The notes below the pieces were generated by a model. It was not told the DNA's origin, did no database searches, and was given only the letters and a program-made list of their open reading frames with translations. DNA of 63,502 nt, filler included, from Bigelowiella natans CCMP2755 (lineage: Eukaryota > Protista > Cercozoa): the NCBI GenBank assembly GCA_000320545.1. It is 6 parts of 6 records of this genome, joined end to end, with 100 filler letters (N's around TTAATTAATTAA, not from the genome) between each part and the next. Parts side by side here need not be neighbours in the genome. Positions count along the whole stretch, not along the records: positions 1 to 27,281 come from ADNK01001683.1; 5 more parts are not named here. The stretch is one strand, 5' to 3'. This document shows positions 14,331 to 26,158 of this stretch, one piece after another; positions within the stretch are counted from its first letter, which is position 1, and every line of letters starts with the position of its first letter. The translations under genes were made by a program, and so were the position numbers.

Positions 14331-14900
14331 GACAAAGAATCCTCCCCGAAACCCGTTTCAAACTGATTATGTTTTAGGATTGTGTCACATCGCTGGGCCG
14401 CGCATGCGACTCGCTCGGCCCTTAAAAATGTGCTATCCGTTATTCCACTTTTCTGAACCGACGGTTGAGGTAGGCCACATTCCGATTGCGACATTCAAAT
14501 TAGCATTGGAATGGAATAGCTCCGCCTTTTCCTTCTTAATGGATGATCGTTTTGTACACTTCAAAGTTCCAAAATTTGCTGGAAATTCGAGCATTTTGGG
14601 CCAAATGTGGCAGTTTTTCACACTCAGCAAAGCGCAGAGCACAGGGTACTAAAAAATACAGGACAACTTTCGTTTATTTTTGTGCCGGTTCTGCTGTCAA
14701 CAAAGAAACTCTTGTCGCTGTTCTTTGTTCGCCTACTTTCACACAGTGAGCTCAACATTGCCCTCTGAAGCTTGCTTGCGACAAGAGATTTGGGTACATC
14801 ACCGATTTTGCGCAATTTCCCTGGGATGACGACGGGCTGATGACTGGAATGAGGGAACTCGAACTTGAATGTTGTGTGGCACGGCGCACAGTTGCACAAG

Positions 14901-15158
14901 TTGTGTCTCACCCTCCCCCCCCTTGAAAATGCCCATGTCGCTCTCCGAGGTGGTTGTCACTGTGCCTCCAAACGCAGAGGCGGGACAAGTGATGGCACAC
15001 AAACACCCAAGTGGCAAACTTGCACGGTTCAAAGTTCCCTGTGACGTGCGTTTTGGGGGACAAGTGAAGCTGAAGCTGCCAGGAATCCTGAATCCTGGTG
15101 CCGAATGAAAAATCAAGGGTCAACGGCCGGTGCACGCCGCTCTCCATGTTGCCCAAAC
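14901..15158 (+). repeat. Dispersed repeat copy 1 (TA-free, hypermutated) of 18026-18269
   Basis: Aligns by eye to 18026-18269. Both encode SLSEVVVTVPPNAEAGQVM..HP.G.LARFKVPCD.RFGGQVKLKLP. Confidence 0.9.
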
Positions 15159-16599
15159 TGCGTTCGTGCAGGTGTCGGCCTCCGTGTTGCCGAGTTGCCG
15201 ATTGAACCAGAGATCGCACGTTCGAAGCCCCGAGCTGGCACCGAGATCGGCTAGCTGCGGCACGTTGCTTCTTTGTCGTCATCTAGTCATGTCAGTTACA
15301 CCATGCAACCCAGCAACGCTCAAACGTCCCTTTTCTGATCTGACACGTCACCATCGGGACCACCGCATTCCCTCGTTCACTCACCGTTCGTTCGTCGAAA
15401 CCTCCTTCCCGGCGATGCACACTGTTGTTTCTTTCCATTTTTTCGCAAAACTTCGATCCAGTTGTCTCGTGTTTTGTCGTTTGTTTGAGCTCATCGTCGG
15501 ATCAGCTTCGTGTTTGGTGTTCAAGTCCAATTTCAAGCCAAGAAAAGCGCAGCTCGATGAAGTGAATTGTGCACATCAACACTTGTTTCCCGTGTTGCAA
15601 TCCACGTTGTTCTTGCGCGCACCAGTCGTGAACATTCAACGCCAGAACGTTCAATGTTTGAGATTCGTTGCAGTGCTTGCTAGCTTGGCCTCACTAGCTC
15701 ACCTGCTTTGGTGCTGCCACCTTGCCGTTCAGCTGGCCAGCCGTGTCAATGACTGTCCACCTGCGTCAGAAGAGAGGTGAGTCATGGGCGTGCAATGCAA
15801 TGGCATCTAGGCATTGCTGTGTCTGTCATGTGAAAACAGGAGGGCGCCGGGTGGATGTGAGGCCAAGCTGGCAAGTGGCTGTCACACTTCGAATCTTGTC
15901 GTCGTTTGCTGACAGGTTGCATGTCAGCCACCATTCCAGCAGTTTTTTTGGAAATTCGCCCTCAAAGCACTGAGTGTGTGGTGCAAAGAGGATGAAGACA
16001 TGCGCATTGCAAGCCCGCCACCTGCAGATTGGTGGAATGCACCACACCCTCGAAACAAGCAACCACTGCAACCGTTTCTGATCGTTCACCTGTCCTTTGT
16101 TCACTCTTTGAACGATCGTTTTCTTCGGAGCTTTGAACGTTGAACTTCACGTTGGTGCAAAAAAACACGTGGGAAATTGACAATGTTTGCACGCTGCACC
16201 AAAAGGTTCGTTTGCAAGCTTCGTTTTTGGTGTTGTTTTTGGTTTTGTGGATGATTTTTTCTTGTGGGCAGGAGAGGAACATTTGCAGCAGCCCCTGTGA
16301 ACAAAAATCATTGCGAGGACTTTCAGAGCACCCTCTTCCCCTCTTGCCTGTTGGTGTCAGCTGGTGAAACTGGTCGTGTGCGATGGCAGCTAGCTGGTTG
16401 GAAGAAGACTGTCAGTCTGTCAGCCAGTCTGTCCAGGTCCTTGAAGAACGAACAATGAACAATGAACACAAAGCGTTGATCAAAAACTGCATGCGCCAGA
16501 ACCACATGGGAGACAGGCATTTGCACGCAGCAGAGCCTCAACAACACTCGTTGCAAGGACTTGTCAGCACCCTGTTGGTGAAGAGACACAAAAAAATCA

Positions 16600-17830
16600 G
16601 CTGCAACCCATCAGAGGCACACTCCAAGGCTGCGTGAAGGGATGAGAACACCATGGCCACTCATCTGAAATGCCGGAGACGGAAAGGGATGAAATTGGCA
16701 TGGATGCCGATTGATGGTGCCGTTGCAATGTGAATTGATTGGAACTGAAGCTGGCATCTTGGATGCCGAACAGCAGCAAAATTGTCAAGCAGGACAATGG
16801 TTCGACGGTGAGCCCTGTCGATTTCTTTGTCAGTCGAAGGGACACCAGGTGTGGCCCCCAAAGCAAGGCAGAACTTGTCATGAGAAAACATGGCTGAGAA
16901 AGCACGCAACGTGACAACGTCATCATTGGCATCAGGTTGATGATGACGAGACACCAGGTGACGAATCCTGGTCCAAAAACGGTCTCTGATGTCGCACGTT
17001 CCTTGACAGGAGAACAAAAAGGTGTTTCAGGGACGTGTCTTCGTGAGATTCGCACAAGGAGCACCAGCCCTCATGCTGCTCCAGTGCGAAGAATCTGGCA
17101 GTGTTGTGACGCCACCACAAGGCTCCACGACGAGCTTGGAATTTGAGGGACACACCACGGGCATCGTGCCATTCATCGAGGTGCTTGGAGCAATGAAGAT
17201 GGGCCTTGTTTGCCCACTTCCCCATGGCTCCAAGATTGCGACTTGGAAATCGGCTCCCATGAGCGAACTTCCAAAAGACACCGAAGAAATTGCACTCTGC
17301 TCACCTGGGCACGCACCAAACGAGCATCGCGAGAGGCAATTGAAGAGGCTTGAGAGTTCCATGCCGCAGCCCATTCCGTCATGGAATTGGAAGCCAGGAG
17401 GCTGGGAGGGGCACTTTGGAGAACCGAAAGGATCAGACGCTTGGTGGAGCGAGCAGGAAGCAAGTCAAGTTGGAAGCAAGAACCCCACAAGGAACTGCAA
17501 AGACGCTCTGTGAAAGATGCACTCTTCAGGAAGAACCGCATTGTCAGAGTTTGGAGCCTTGAGGCCATTGATGGAAGACCCAATTCCAGTCGAATGGCCA
17601 CAGCTGGAATGCGCACAGGCGCACGCAATGCCCAGCGCATGGCTTCATTTCGAACCCCTTCAAGTGGGCGGAGCGAATGGGCCGGCAATGAAGGACTCCA
17701 CACAGCTGCCGCATGCTCCATGAGCGGCCGCACCATGGCCTTGCAAACGGTGATGAAAGCTCTGGGAGAGAGCAAGAACCGAAATGGAGGTCAACCGAGC
17801 GCTGCAGTGAACGAAACGCTGCCTTGAACG
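16600..17830 (-). mobile_element. 5'-truncated, degenerate non-LTR (LINE) retrotransposon: RT C-terminal region plus CCHC zinc finger
   Basis: ORF 17173-17775 (CKAMVRPLMEHAAAVWSP..LEGVRNEAMRWALRAP..AIRLELGLPS) matches the post-RT motif YKxxxRPxLEYxxxVWxP..LERxQxxxxR..ELGL. Downstream CSLC..HLF/FSC (frameshifted) resembles the terminal CCHC finger. Confidence 0.8.
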
Positions 17831-18025
17831 AGGGGCCCCAAAACATTGACGAAATATTATTTTCCTGAAATAAAAATTCCCCATCTTGGCGCGAAGCCCT
17901 TTCGGGTGGTGGAACCGCAACTTCCCACAGATTTCGTGGTTGTGACATGTCGCAGATTAGAAACCACATGCATTTAATTCAACCACGAAGGTATTTGTCA
18001 CAATAAGTTCTGAAAATAAGGGAAG

Positions 18026-18269
18026 TTGTATCTTGCCTCCCCCCCCCCTTGAAAATGCCTACGTCGCTCTCCGAGGTGGTTGTTACTGTGCCTCCAAACG
18101 CAGAGGCGGGACAAGTGATGGTGTACAAACATCCAAATGGTCAACTTGCACGGTTTAAAGTTCCCTGTGACATGCGTTTTGGGGGACAAGTGAAGCTGAA
18201 GCTACCAGCAACGAATGAAAAATCAAGGGGCAACAGCCGGTGCACGCCGCTCTCTACGGTGCCCAAACT
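18026..18269 (+). repeat. Dispersed repeat copy 2 (retains TA), overlapping ORF 18049-18423
   Basis: Aligns to 14901-15158 and encodes a VTVPP..G..VP-type module. Confidence 0.9.
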
Positions 18270-18806
18270 GGGTACCTTCCCGTCATGGAGGCACAACTAC
18301 AGAGAATCGGATAATAGAGGAAACGAGCTTGCAAAGGAAAGCAAAACTCCTCTCGCTACTACAAAATCTCCGGGAATGGAGATAAGCAGGGTGGGGATTT
18401 CTAGCAACACCGAATTGCAATAACACCTGTTTCATCGAATGTTCATTCATATATACATCGAGCCGAGAATAAACTTAGTTTCTAGGGTCTCGAATATCGT
18501 ACAATTTGAAAAACAATCGATATGCCGTTATGTGCCATGTAAATATTAACATAAATGTACATGTATACATGTGTTTGTGTGTGTGTGTGTGTGTGTGTCC
18601 TTGTCTGCATGTATCTCAAAAGACACATATATTGTTTCCAATAAACACTATCAAAAGAAACAATCTCGCCCACGATCGCTAATCTACATGTCATTCACTA
18701 TGACAATCAGGAAGAACCGTGTTCTCCAGCAGCAGCAGCAGCTCCGCCGCCATCGGGGGGAGGGGAGGATCTCATATGTCGCTCGCCCGAAGAAATAGAA
18801 AAGGAC

Positions 18807-19623
18807 ATGTGGAGAACGCTCAGACGGCTTAGGAGCACACCCTCGGCGCAGGAGCGGCCGCAGCACCTCCTCCCCTCCCAGGCGGGCATGGCAACGCCAA
18901 AAAGCAGCGTGGCAGCCGCAGCAAAGCGGATGAGCACTCGACGGGAAAGTGATGCCGATACGGACGTACGACATCGTCTCGCGGCAATCGTGGGTGCGCA
19001 GCAAAACTACGACCATTCCTCTCGCGCCACCGGACGGCACAACGACCCCCAGCACCCCCCAGTGAGGTCCATCGGCTCGCAATTTCTGTTGACTCCCCCC
19101 CCGCAGCCATCTTTGAGCAGACAGGCGGCGGAAGAAGGAAGCGCGGGGGCTAGGCTAGAGAGCATCATCCGCACGGATTGGAGCCGAACAGGTGATACGT
19201 CCAAGATGAGAAACGCGCTTGTTACGCTGATCGAGGCCACAGACTGGAACACAGTGGGGGCTGAGGGCATGAGGGAGGTCCTTACAACTGCCATCTCCAA
19301 ATGCTGGGCTGCTGTTGATGCAAGTGGCAGAAGGAGGAGGATGAGGAGGAGGAGGAGGAGGGAGGGGGAGGGGGCTGATGTGGAGTCTTGGCTGCGACAG
19401 CGAGAACCTGCTAGTATCACCACCGCTACTGCTACTACTACTACTACTGTCAGCGGATTGCTTCGCCGACGGGGCGGAGCCCCTGCTACTGCTCCGGCTA
19501 CTACTATAAGCAACAAGACACGCCGACTAAGCGGCAGGAAAGAGGGAGGAGGAGTCCCGCTTCAAATGCGTGCTGGGAGAGAAGAGGCCAACTCCGCGAG
19601 CAAAAATTTGCACCCAACACAAC

Positions 19624-19664
<41 letters not shown>

Positions 19665-20272
19665 GCTCTGCTACAGCAGGAAAACCGGGATCCTCGCTCT
19701 TCCTCCTCCCCCCCCCCCTCGCCCTCCGCCTCACGAATCCTGTTGTCGCCACAAGCGAAGCGCACCCGTGTCCCGCTCCAAGTGCTACACAGCTTTGGCA
19801 GGGGCAGCCGCACGGCCGCGCGCGCGGACAGTAGCAGCAACGCAGCCTCGCGCCCGCTCGGGCTGCGAGGTGTTGTCGGCACGATGAGCAGCATTGCTGC
19901 CTTTCCCGCAACACGGGGAGGGAGGGGTGAGGGTTGCGGCGCTCATCACTTGCACAGGGAGGAAGGCCTCGGGGGGGGGATCCCCGTCGTCGTCGGAGCG
20001 AAGAAGCGCAAGCGCAAGGCGCTGTCCAAGAAGCAGATGCGCGCCATCGAGGCAGCTTATCGGCGCGCCGAGAAGGACCTAGCCGCCTCGCTGAAACAAT
20101 CGAAGAGAATCCTCAAAAGAAACTTCAAAGAGCAGATGACCTACCACGGCACCTACGCCTTGGACTTTAACTTGGAAGCAACATCGCTCGAGGTTTGTAA
20201 AGGGGGACAGGGGGGGGGGGCACGAAGGCTTCGTAGCTGATCATAACAAATACATAAATATTTACGACTCAT

Positions 20273-20316
<44 letters not shown>

Positions 20317-20567
20317 TTAAAATACAAAACTTTCAGGTGTTCAAACGGCTGATTGGTGCCCAGCGCGCGACGAACCTCGCTCTCCAGAACAATGGCCGCT
20401 ACTCAGTGGAAATACCCGACTTCGAGTTGTTCGAGACCCGCCTCACTAAAAGCCTGCCGTACGGGGGGGGGCAACTGCGCATCGTAACTCCGATAAGGCT
20501 TCAATACAACCCCGATTTGGAAGAAATGCGAGCCACTGCCGACTATGGGGTCTCCTCGCAAACATAG
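18807..20567 (+). CDS. Hypothetical protein: low-complexity N-terminus, basic NLS-like KKRKRK and a globular C-terminal domain; start uncertain
   Basis: The 477-aa ORF splices at ..ATSLE|gtttgt..tttcag|VFKRLIG.. to a stop at 20565-20567. Confidence 0.7.
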
Positions 20568-21863
20568 AAGCTTTACCGCTGCCTGTTCCACGGCGAGTGC
20601 GTGTTCGCAGTCAGCACCGGTTCCTGTTTTGTTGACTAGAGAGCTCTTGATGGGGCGCCTTCAGTAATGCGCGAAGTGGCAATGGAGGAGAAGGCGGGTG
20701 ATAAACCGGCACAGTGGAAAACGGGGCATTTCTGGCTGCCGATGACCGTGATAGCTGCACGTGCACACCTGTACTTCATTTAGCGCTGTCGGTTGCTGTT
20801 GTGTGCGTGCATGATGTGCTTTGCTACGAGCCCGATGGGTCCTGCTTAATGTTCATTCCCCTCGCAGGCTAGCAGGGTCAATCAACGCTAGATAACCAGA
20901 TGAAAGAGGGTGCGGCCGTGTACGAGCTGCTGGTGTCATACATGCGGGCAGCCTTCACTGCGGTAGCTAGCGAGTGCTAGAGTGCGCAACGTGCACGTTG
21001 ACCAAGCATGCCTAGACGCTATGTGCGCGCTGCTGATGCGAGACGCTTCTAGCAGCGGTGCAACTTGTAGCGGTGAATGCTTTAGCTCATTGCATTGCAC
21101 TAGTACAAGAGTAGCGCACGCAATTGTTGTGCGTCAGACATCACATCGCATCGATCACTCAATGAATGCAAGCCTCATCAATGACAATGATGCCGCTGAC
21201 TACGCACGCTATCTAGATGCTATGTGCTAACGTACAATGCTAGAATGGACATGCAACGTGACATTCTGCCAGCATCACACATGTGTCCACATGTGCATGC
21301 TCTAGTGCTAGCAGCATGCTCTATATAATGCTAGCATGTGCATGTGTGCACAAATCTAGAAATGTGCATTGTGCACATCACATGCATCACTAATTGTGTC
21401 TGAAAAAAATCCATGCAAATGGTGTGTGATCAAGTGATGCGAGCCGCTGCCTTCTCAGTTCTAGCTAGCTAGCTTCACTGCATGGCTCATTTGAATGACA
21501 CGTGCACCTATAGCTCCTGCAGTCAAGCTAGCAAGGGCTGCATGCGAGCACTAGAGCAGGTGACCCGTGCGCGTTTAAGCGTAATTTTATTTTCATTAGT
21601 CAGCTCACGCGGCTACGCGGCGGCGCGCAATAATGATCATGCCTGCGTGTAAACGAAAGGTCTGTTGTTCTAAGCAAATGGCCAATTTGAGCGCACGCAC
21701 TCTTTATCTTTTCATCCTGTTACTTTATATTGCATTGTAGTTCTAAAATATCCAATTTCCCCATCATCCTCCCCCCTCCTCCTAGCGCAGGTGGCATCAC
21801 TCCCCCCCCCCACCTCCCTCCGATCTATAACACCGGATCTCCGGTCTCGTGGTGATGAATCAT

Positions 21864-22430
21864 CTAGTTCTCCGCGGCCTTAAAGCCTCCATACACATCC
21901 CACGCAAGGAAGGTCTTGGCCGTGAAGCTCAGTACGATGTACACCTTCTCGGCGCGCACAAAGTCGTACATCCCGAGAAACCGCTCTAGAAACCTGAGGA
22001 GTGTTACCACTGCTACGTGAGACGAGAGAAGATCCTGGAACACAAACGAATCGTCTCTTCCCCTCCTCCTTCTCCTCCGCCCCTTTCCCCCCTCTCTCCT
22101 TTGGCCCCCTCTCTTTCGTATTACTACTATCTCAACTATAATTTAGCATTTCCTATTACTGCCACTGTTACTTCTACTTCTACTTCTTCTTCTTCTTCTT
22201 CTACTACTACTACTACTACTACTCACATATTGATTGCGAACGTCGCATATGCGACGATGGTGCCGTAGAAGGCGATGTAGACGAAGTCAGGGGGGGTTGC
22301 CTGAGAGAAGAAGAAGAAGATCGGTGTTGTTCAGAACGTGCGGCGTGAGCACGATGCTTCCCTATGCCGCGGTAGCGTGGGCGGGCTCTGGGTTATTTTT
22401 GCTTTGCAATATGCACGCAAATGTTTATAA

Positions 22431-22468
<38 letters not shown>

Positions 22469-22515
22469 AATACATGTATATAAATTCATACTTGTTGAAT
22501 ACACATTTGCTAGCG

Positions 22516-22570
<55 letters not shown>

Positions 22571-22865
22571 GTATAGATATGACAACCTGAGAGAAATAGC
22601 AGATGATAACGAGAAACGCACACACAAGTAATAGCGCTGCAAACCAGAAGGCCATCAGGCCTGAAAGGGGGGGAGAGGGGGGGGAGGGAGAGCAGAATCC
22701 TATACAACCACTTCGCCAAAGTTCCGACAATATACTTGGAAGATACGATGTTTATATGTGTTTATCTTTGCGTGTGCATGTGTGTGTGTGTGTGAAAGAG
22801 AGAGGAGGGGGGGGGGGAGGGCTCCTCTTAATAATGATCATCTCTTCATATTGCTTTATATTATA

Positions 22866-22905
<40 letters not shown>

Positions 22906-23344
22906 CGTGCTACCTGCCCCTCGAACGAGTGTTCTTAGATTGACACCTCCTACGGATACGGGGTCAGTTTGTGGCCTCTTGAGCCCCTCGCTGCTCCCTG
23001 AAGAAATAAATATCACCAAGATTAACACAAAAGTCAGATATGATGATACGATAATGACGATGGTGATGATGAGGACGATAGTGACGACGATGATGGTGGT
23101 GGTGGGGATGATGACGACGACGATGTCGCGAAGTACTCGTTGAGGAACACAAAACCAAAAGACTAAAGGGATGGTGGGGGGCATCTCCGACCTGGCGGCA
23201 CGAGAAGATGACGGGGAAGAATCTCAATGATCAACCCCATAAGGTTGCAGATGCCAGTTGCCACGCCAAGCATGAACTGGAGATGGGGAGAGGGGGGGGG
23301 GGGGGGGGGGATAGAGAAGCAAAGAATTTTAATAATATATATAT

Positions 23345-23377
<33 letters not shown>

Positions 23378-23561
23378 GTGTGTGTGTGTGTGTGTGTGTA
23401 GTACGTTTCCACACACGTACCATCGTTCGTCATTGTGAATGGTGCAATCGCCCACCCGCTCTTATTCTCACTCACGCACAAGCTTATTTCGTACCAAGAT
23501 GTGTACGTCGTAGATACCCGTGAGCGCTCCAAGCAACACGGTCATGCAAGAGGCAGAGACT

Positions 23562-23601
<40 letters not shown>

Positions 23602-24972
23602 CAACAACACACAGACGCCGCCCCCCCATTCTTATCACATCGATGCAGGCCTATAGGTGTGCATGCGCGCACGCAAGTGTGTGTTCGTAAATGCTATTCT
23701 CACACACACACACACACACAAACACACAAAAACACACAAACACACACATACACACACACACATTCGACCTGAGTATTCCAGCCAACGAAGGGGGTTGGCC
23801 TTGTACTTCAGAACCCAACTGCGGAACGTCTCGGGCGCGCAGTAGGCGACAAGCACCGAGGCGAAGTGGTCAGCTGGTAAAGTAGAGAGCAGGAGGGGGG
23901 GGGGGATAATAGTCACGTGTGTTCTCGACGAAGGGAGATCGCGGGTTTTTGCTCTCCATTCTTTGAATGTCAAGCGCAGACGATATATCAACCGCCCCAT
24001 CATCCGCGTGCGTGTCATAAAATACAGGGGAGGGGTATGTATTGTTATCAGTATTTCCGCACTATTCCGATAACAAAGCTATATACCCGCAGCAAGTGTC
24101 AGAAAGATGACAATTAGGCCCTGTACTTGCAGTGTTCCGTACTGGAGAGTAATAGTAGCAGCAGCAGAGTAGTAGTAGTAGTATTAGCAGTAGCAGTAGC
24201 ATCAGCAGTAGTGTTAACAGCTGCAGTATCTAAGTTGGTACGATAATATGCCCCCACAACCAAAAACAGCAATGAAACAAAAAGGAAATCGAAGCAGGTA
24301 ATGGCGCTCTAGCCTTATTTTTCACATTCATCAAAATGCACAATGTGTGCACATGTATGCGAACAACAAAAATACTCCTTTATCGCCACCCCACTCAACT
24401 ATGAGTATGCTGTCTTCTCGCATCTGCTGTTTCGGGATTAGCATAGTCAAGCGCCCATTACCTGTCTGATGTCGATTTGCCCGCGTGGGCCTGCTCATCG
24501 AGCGATCTGGAAACGAAACCGCTTGTGGGATGTCCGCATCCACCTGGGGGTATTAACAGGGGGAGCAATTCACAAGTTCAGCGGTGGCAGCCGCGCCCAT
24601 ATCAAAAAGCCAACGACGCACACTCGAGAAGCAAATGGAGTACAGCAGTGTGGAAATAGTGCTGCAACGAAGAAGGTGTTTGAAAATACGACTGTCGGGG
24701 ATGCTGTGAGCTGCGCTGGACAGCTCTTTACACAAGGTGCTAAGCAGTGCTTGGGGGATAATGGAATGTTAGCTTACTTGGAAGCGTTGATTATTCCGGC
24801 TTGCAGCGCCATAAACACAGCCGCTGCCTAAAAGCAGGGTTTTGTCATTCAACGACGTTTACACACGCTACCTATGCTGCAGTAACAAAATCACCAGATG
24901 CCAAACTCTGAGATTGCGTGTGTCCCCGTAGTCATTCTCTGTTTTGTATTCCTCCATCATGGCCTCGTGCAT
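21864..24972 (-). CDS. Heliorhodopsin (HeR), ~10 exons
   Basis: Spliced product: NLRVWHL|AAAVFMALQAG..GLIVIFLTLAAADHF..KANPLRWLEYS|VSASCMTVLLGALTGIYDVHIL|FMLGVATGICNLMGLIIE..ATPPDFVYIAFYG..FAINM|FLERFLGMYDFVRAEKVYIVLSFTAKTFLAWDVYGG. It contains the HeR RWxEYS motif and the SxxxK retinal-binding motif (Lys codon 21915-21917). Confidence 0.92.
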
Positions 24973-25483
24973 GCGTGCTGCGGATGTGGGTACTTCTTGG
25001 TCGAGGGGTCTACGTGGATAGCAGACGAGAAATGGGCCGAAAAAATCAGATCCAAATTTGCAAAGAAACAAACCAATAATCATTTGAATATCCTATATTA
25101 ATATCCTGCGACAAGGCGTTTTCAATTATTTCCATCCAATCCCTTTATTAGCACCGGTTCCAACCACATCGAATAATATTATTTGGTTTTCTATCGTGCG
25201 ACATTGATTTTGAGATGTCGCACCCATGAGAATCTGATCATTTCAGTAGGAAAAACGATGGAATCTTCGGGTACCTTTGGCACAAGCAGATCTCATAGGA
25301 AGGGGTAGTTTTGGTTCCAGAGTCCTTTCTGCTTGCCGAATGGCGTTGGAAAACCACGTTTTTAACCCACAAACTTCGAAGAATTGGACTCGGCGGAAGA
25401 AATACCGGAGGTTCCGAAACTTGGTTCGAGAAACTGAAAAAGCGAAACGATTTTGGTTATTGCAACTGTGTAATCTTTCCCAG

Positions 25484-26104
25484 AATGGCTCTACTGGGTT
25501 ACTCAAAAGAAGAAGTGCGAGTGAATTCCGTTCTGCGACAAGAATTTACTGTTGACGCAACATATAAAAAGATGCGTTTTTTACTTTTTCCCCAAAAAAA
25601 CACATGAGATAAATTTTGCACAACACAAAAAACCAAGCACCTTGGTACCAACACAAGCACCCAAGGAGGGGGCGGGGGATAGAGATGGATCAAGTGCTCA
25701 TGATTCATATGATCGAACATAGAACTTTTGATTATGAGAAATTGGGTATCTTGAAGAAATGGGGTGCTTGCTGTGGCAAGCAGCTTGCCTTTTCATTCAT
25801 ATGATCGATGTGAGAGCACCGAATCAAAGTTCGGCGCACCATCGTCAGCTTAGAGAACGTCTGCAAGGCTCCGATCAAATGAGGGGAGCTTTTTCCTTTA
25901 TCCATATTTATTTCTCTCTACTCTCCTAAGAAACAACAGTTTTGATGGATCTTAGTAAAGGACGATGTTCACGTTTCTCATTGCAAGCTGCGCTCTCGGT
26001 TTTCTTGCCGTCTTTCTCTCTCTCACGCACTTTGGCTTCCTTCACACACCGAAGGTGTATGCCTTCGTCGATTTATAATTTTCATTCTTTCTCTTCCTCC
26101 TCTT

Positions 26105-26158
<54 letters not shown>

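Noticed and set aside
14800-17850. Dense overlapping ORFs in six frames suggesting a compact viral or operon-like locus
   Set aside because: A by-product of TAA/TAG loss through TA depletion. Only the LINE frame and the repeat module resemble known proteins.
14370-17975. Possible terminal inverted repeats around the hypermutated block (tgtcaca/tgtgaca)
   Set aside because: The match is only ~7 bp and there is no convincing TSD.
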